A DNA stretch of 5,114 bases from an archaeon (GTDB taxonomy: Archaea > Asgardarchaeota > Thorarchaeia > Thorarchaeales > Thorarchaeaceae): positions 1 to 5,114 of the forward strand of contig JAJRZD010000048.1 of NCBI GenBank assembly GCA_024275415.1, read 5' to 3'. Every line of letters begins with the position of its first letter. Within the stretch, counting starts at the first letter, position 1. Positions 3,830 through 5,114 of the stretch are shown in pieces. Both the position numbers and the translations under genes were made by a program. Under the pieces are notes generated by a model, which ran no database searches, was not told the DNA's origin, and saw only the letters and a list, made by a program, of their open reading frames with translations.

Positions 3830-5114
3830 CTAGTTTGCAAGCATGTTCCTCTTCATCAGATCCTGCACCACAAACTCAAGTCCGAGGTTTTCAAGTTTGT
3901 CCTTCTTCGGATATCCAGTTTCCTTGTCACACCCTCTGTACTCGTAGTACTCGTCCAACATGATGTCAAGGTCAGGCAGTCCCCCTTTCGAGGGGCCTGT
4001 GGGCATCGGTTCTGAGAGGAGCCGTGGTGGAAGGTTCTCATCTTTTCTTGTGACCCCAAGCCGGTGGTTGTAAGCACGTCGAAGGTGACTGATCCTCTCC
4101 GCGGCAGTCTTGACGAATTTGAGGTCTGACCATTCACTCATCCCTGTGAGTGGTGCGATGACGCCTGCGAAGGTCTCGTAATAGTAAACTGGAGGCCACA
4201 TCACTGCATACTTGCAGATGACCGCAGAGTCAGTCAATGCATAGAGGTCTTCCATGTCCTTGACGAGTTCACCTTTGTGCGCCGGATTCATGATCTCAAG
4301 GATTTCTTTTGCCTTGTCCTTTCCGAACCGTTCAATTGCAATCTCTGGATAACCAAGCTCCTCAAGACTGGAGAGGCTTCTCAAGTGGTCTGCTCCCCTG
4401 ACATTCGTGGCATAGGTCAGACCGATTGACTGGTGTGCTCTTGGATCCTGACCTGACGCTTCGAGACCTTTCACATGGACTGCGTATTTCCACGCATCAC
4501 CGCCGATAATCTCCGCCGCTTTTCGAGTCCCTTGAGCAAGTATCTTCCCAAAGCCCTCCTGTTTTGCAATCATCTCGACAAGGCGTGCCATCGATTCGTG
4601 ATTGCCCCAGCTCAGATCCAGACCATCTGTATCCTTCTCAGTGATGATTCCTTTTTCCCATAGTTCCAGCGCAAAACCAATGGTCTTTCCGCAGGAGATA
4701 GTGTCCATCCCGAGGAGGTCACATCTCTTGCCCATATGGAATACTGACTCCACGTCGCTATTCAGACAGTTGGAACCAAATGCCATCAGGGTTTCGTACT
4801 CGGGACCGCCAATCGGACCGGTGGCGTATTTTCCTTCCCGGACTCTGATTATGTACTTGCATCCTACTGCACAGCCATGGCAGGCCTCCTGTCCGATACG
4901 ATACCTCTCCGCGATGATCTCGGGACCTATGGAATCAGCATCCTCATAGAACCCGGTCCAGTGGTTCTTTGTCGGGAGTCGTCCTATCTCGTTGATTATC
5001 GCCACTAAGTCAGTAGTCCCATACTTTCTCAGAGAGCCCAACGAGTCTGTCCACAATGGATCCCGAATCCTTCCCATCTCCACCTCATTGGCTTCAAGGT
5101 ACTTGTCCATATCA
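3830..5114 (-). CDS. aor: Tungsten-containing aldehyde:ferredoxin oxidoreductase (AOR/WOR) family protein, C-terminal (AFOR_C) part; the 5' end lies outside the window
   Basis: Motifs 'LPTKN', [4Fe-4S] 'CHGCAVGC' plus a distal Cys in 'DSAVIC', 'GPEYET', pterin-binding 'DLLGMDTIS', 'VKGLE..QDPR', 'RGADH' and 'MLDEYYEYRG..ETGYP'. The frame is open to the window edge (codon GAT precedes the ATG at 5110), so the ~200-aa N-terminal domain is missing. The gene symbol is family-level only; the substrate subfamily is unknown. Confidence 0.95.
   Translation of the reverse strand, partial: DMDKYLEANEVEMGRIRDPLWTDSLGSLRKYGTTDLVAIINEIGRLPTKNHWTGFYEDADSIGPEIIAERYRIGQEACHGCAVGCKYIIRVREGKYATGPIGGPEYETLMAFGSNCLNSDVESVFHMGKRCDLLGMDTISCGKTIGFALELWEKGIITEKDTDGLDLSWGNHESMARLVEMIAKQEGFGKILAQGTRKAAEIIGGDAWKYAVHVKGLEASGQDPRAHQSIGLTYATNVRGADHLRSLSSLEELGYPEIAIERFGKDKAKEILEIMNPAHKGELVKDMEDLYALTDSAVICKYAVMWPPVYYYETFAGVIAPLTGMSEWSDLKFVKTAAERISHLRRAYNHRLGVTRKDENLPPRLLSEPMPTGPSKGGLPDLDIMLDEYYEYRGCDKETGYPKKDKLENLGLEFVVQDLMKRNMLAN

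Noticed and set aside
4385-4399. RGADH instead of RGxCH read as loss of an Fe-S ligand in the AOR
   Set aside because: By alignment the fourth cluster ligand is the later Cys (DSAVIC, equivalent to DSAGLC), which is present. The functional residue in this motif is the conserved His.
176-4949. Other ORF-track entries (176-511, 930-1115, 1689-1883, 1717-1926, 2253-2462, 2571-2795, 2984-3313, 3007-3333, 3186-3419, 3368-3745, 3856-4137, 4475-4663, 4602-4949)
   Set aside because: They are antisense or alternate-frame shadows of well-supported genes, with Ser/Arg/Pro-rich composition and no recognisable motifs.
5108-5110. ATG 5110 as the AOR start
   Set aside because: The frame stays open to the window edge and the N-terminal AFOR domain is absent, so this is an internal Met.
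1-5114. CRISPR arrays, IS/transposon ends, tRNA/rRNA or tandem repeats
   Set aside because: None seen on reading. The window is almost fully coding and the intergenic gaps are at most 106 nt.

Overview
Archaeal-type, gene-dense metabolic locus at roughly 50% GC by eye. It has TTG/GTG starts, GGAGG/GAGGTG Shine-Dalgarno motifs and TTATAA-type promoter boxes. From the right end: the C-terminal ~430 aa of a tungsten aldehyde:ferredoxin oxidoreductase (AOR/WOR) family gene (minus strand, truncated by the window edge); a dihydropyrimidine/dihydroorotate dehydrogenase-like FMN enzyme fused to a 2x[4Fe-4S] ferredoxin domain (minus); an M24 Xaa-Pro peptidase (plus, convergent with a 4-nt CTAG overlap); a PfkB-family kinase (plus); a divergent MoaD/SAMP-type ubiquitin-like protein (minus); and, missed by the ORF track, the N-terminus of a cyclic amidohydrolase (dihydropyrimidinase/allantoinase/dihydroorotase-like) running off the left edge. 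The most interesting signal is the DPD-like enzyme: it keeps the pyrimidine-binding N-x-E-L motif but replaces the catalytic N-x-S-C-P loop with a shortened S-T-H-Y loop. No NAD(P)H-module partner gene is in the window. Together the genes suggest, by inference, an uncharacterised ferredoxin/tungsten-linked catabolic route for a nucleobase, nucleoside or other N-heterocycle. No mobile elements, CRISPR arrays or RNA genes were seen.
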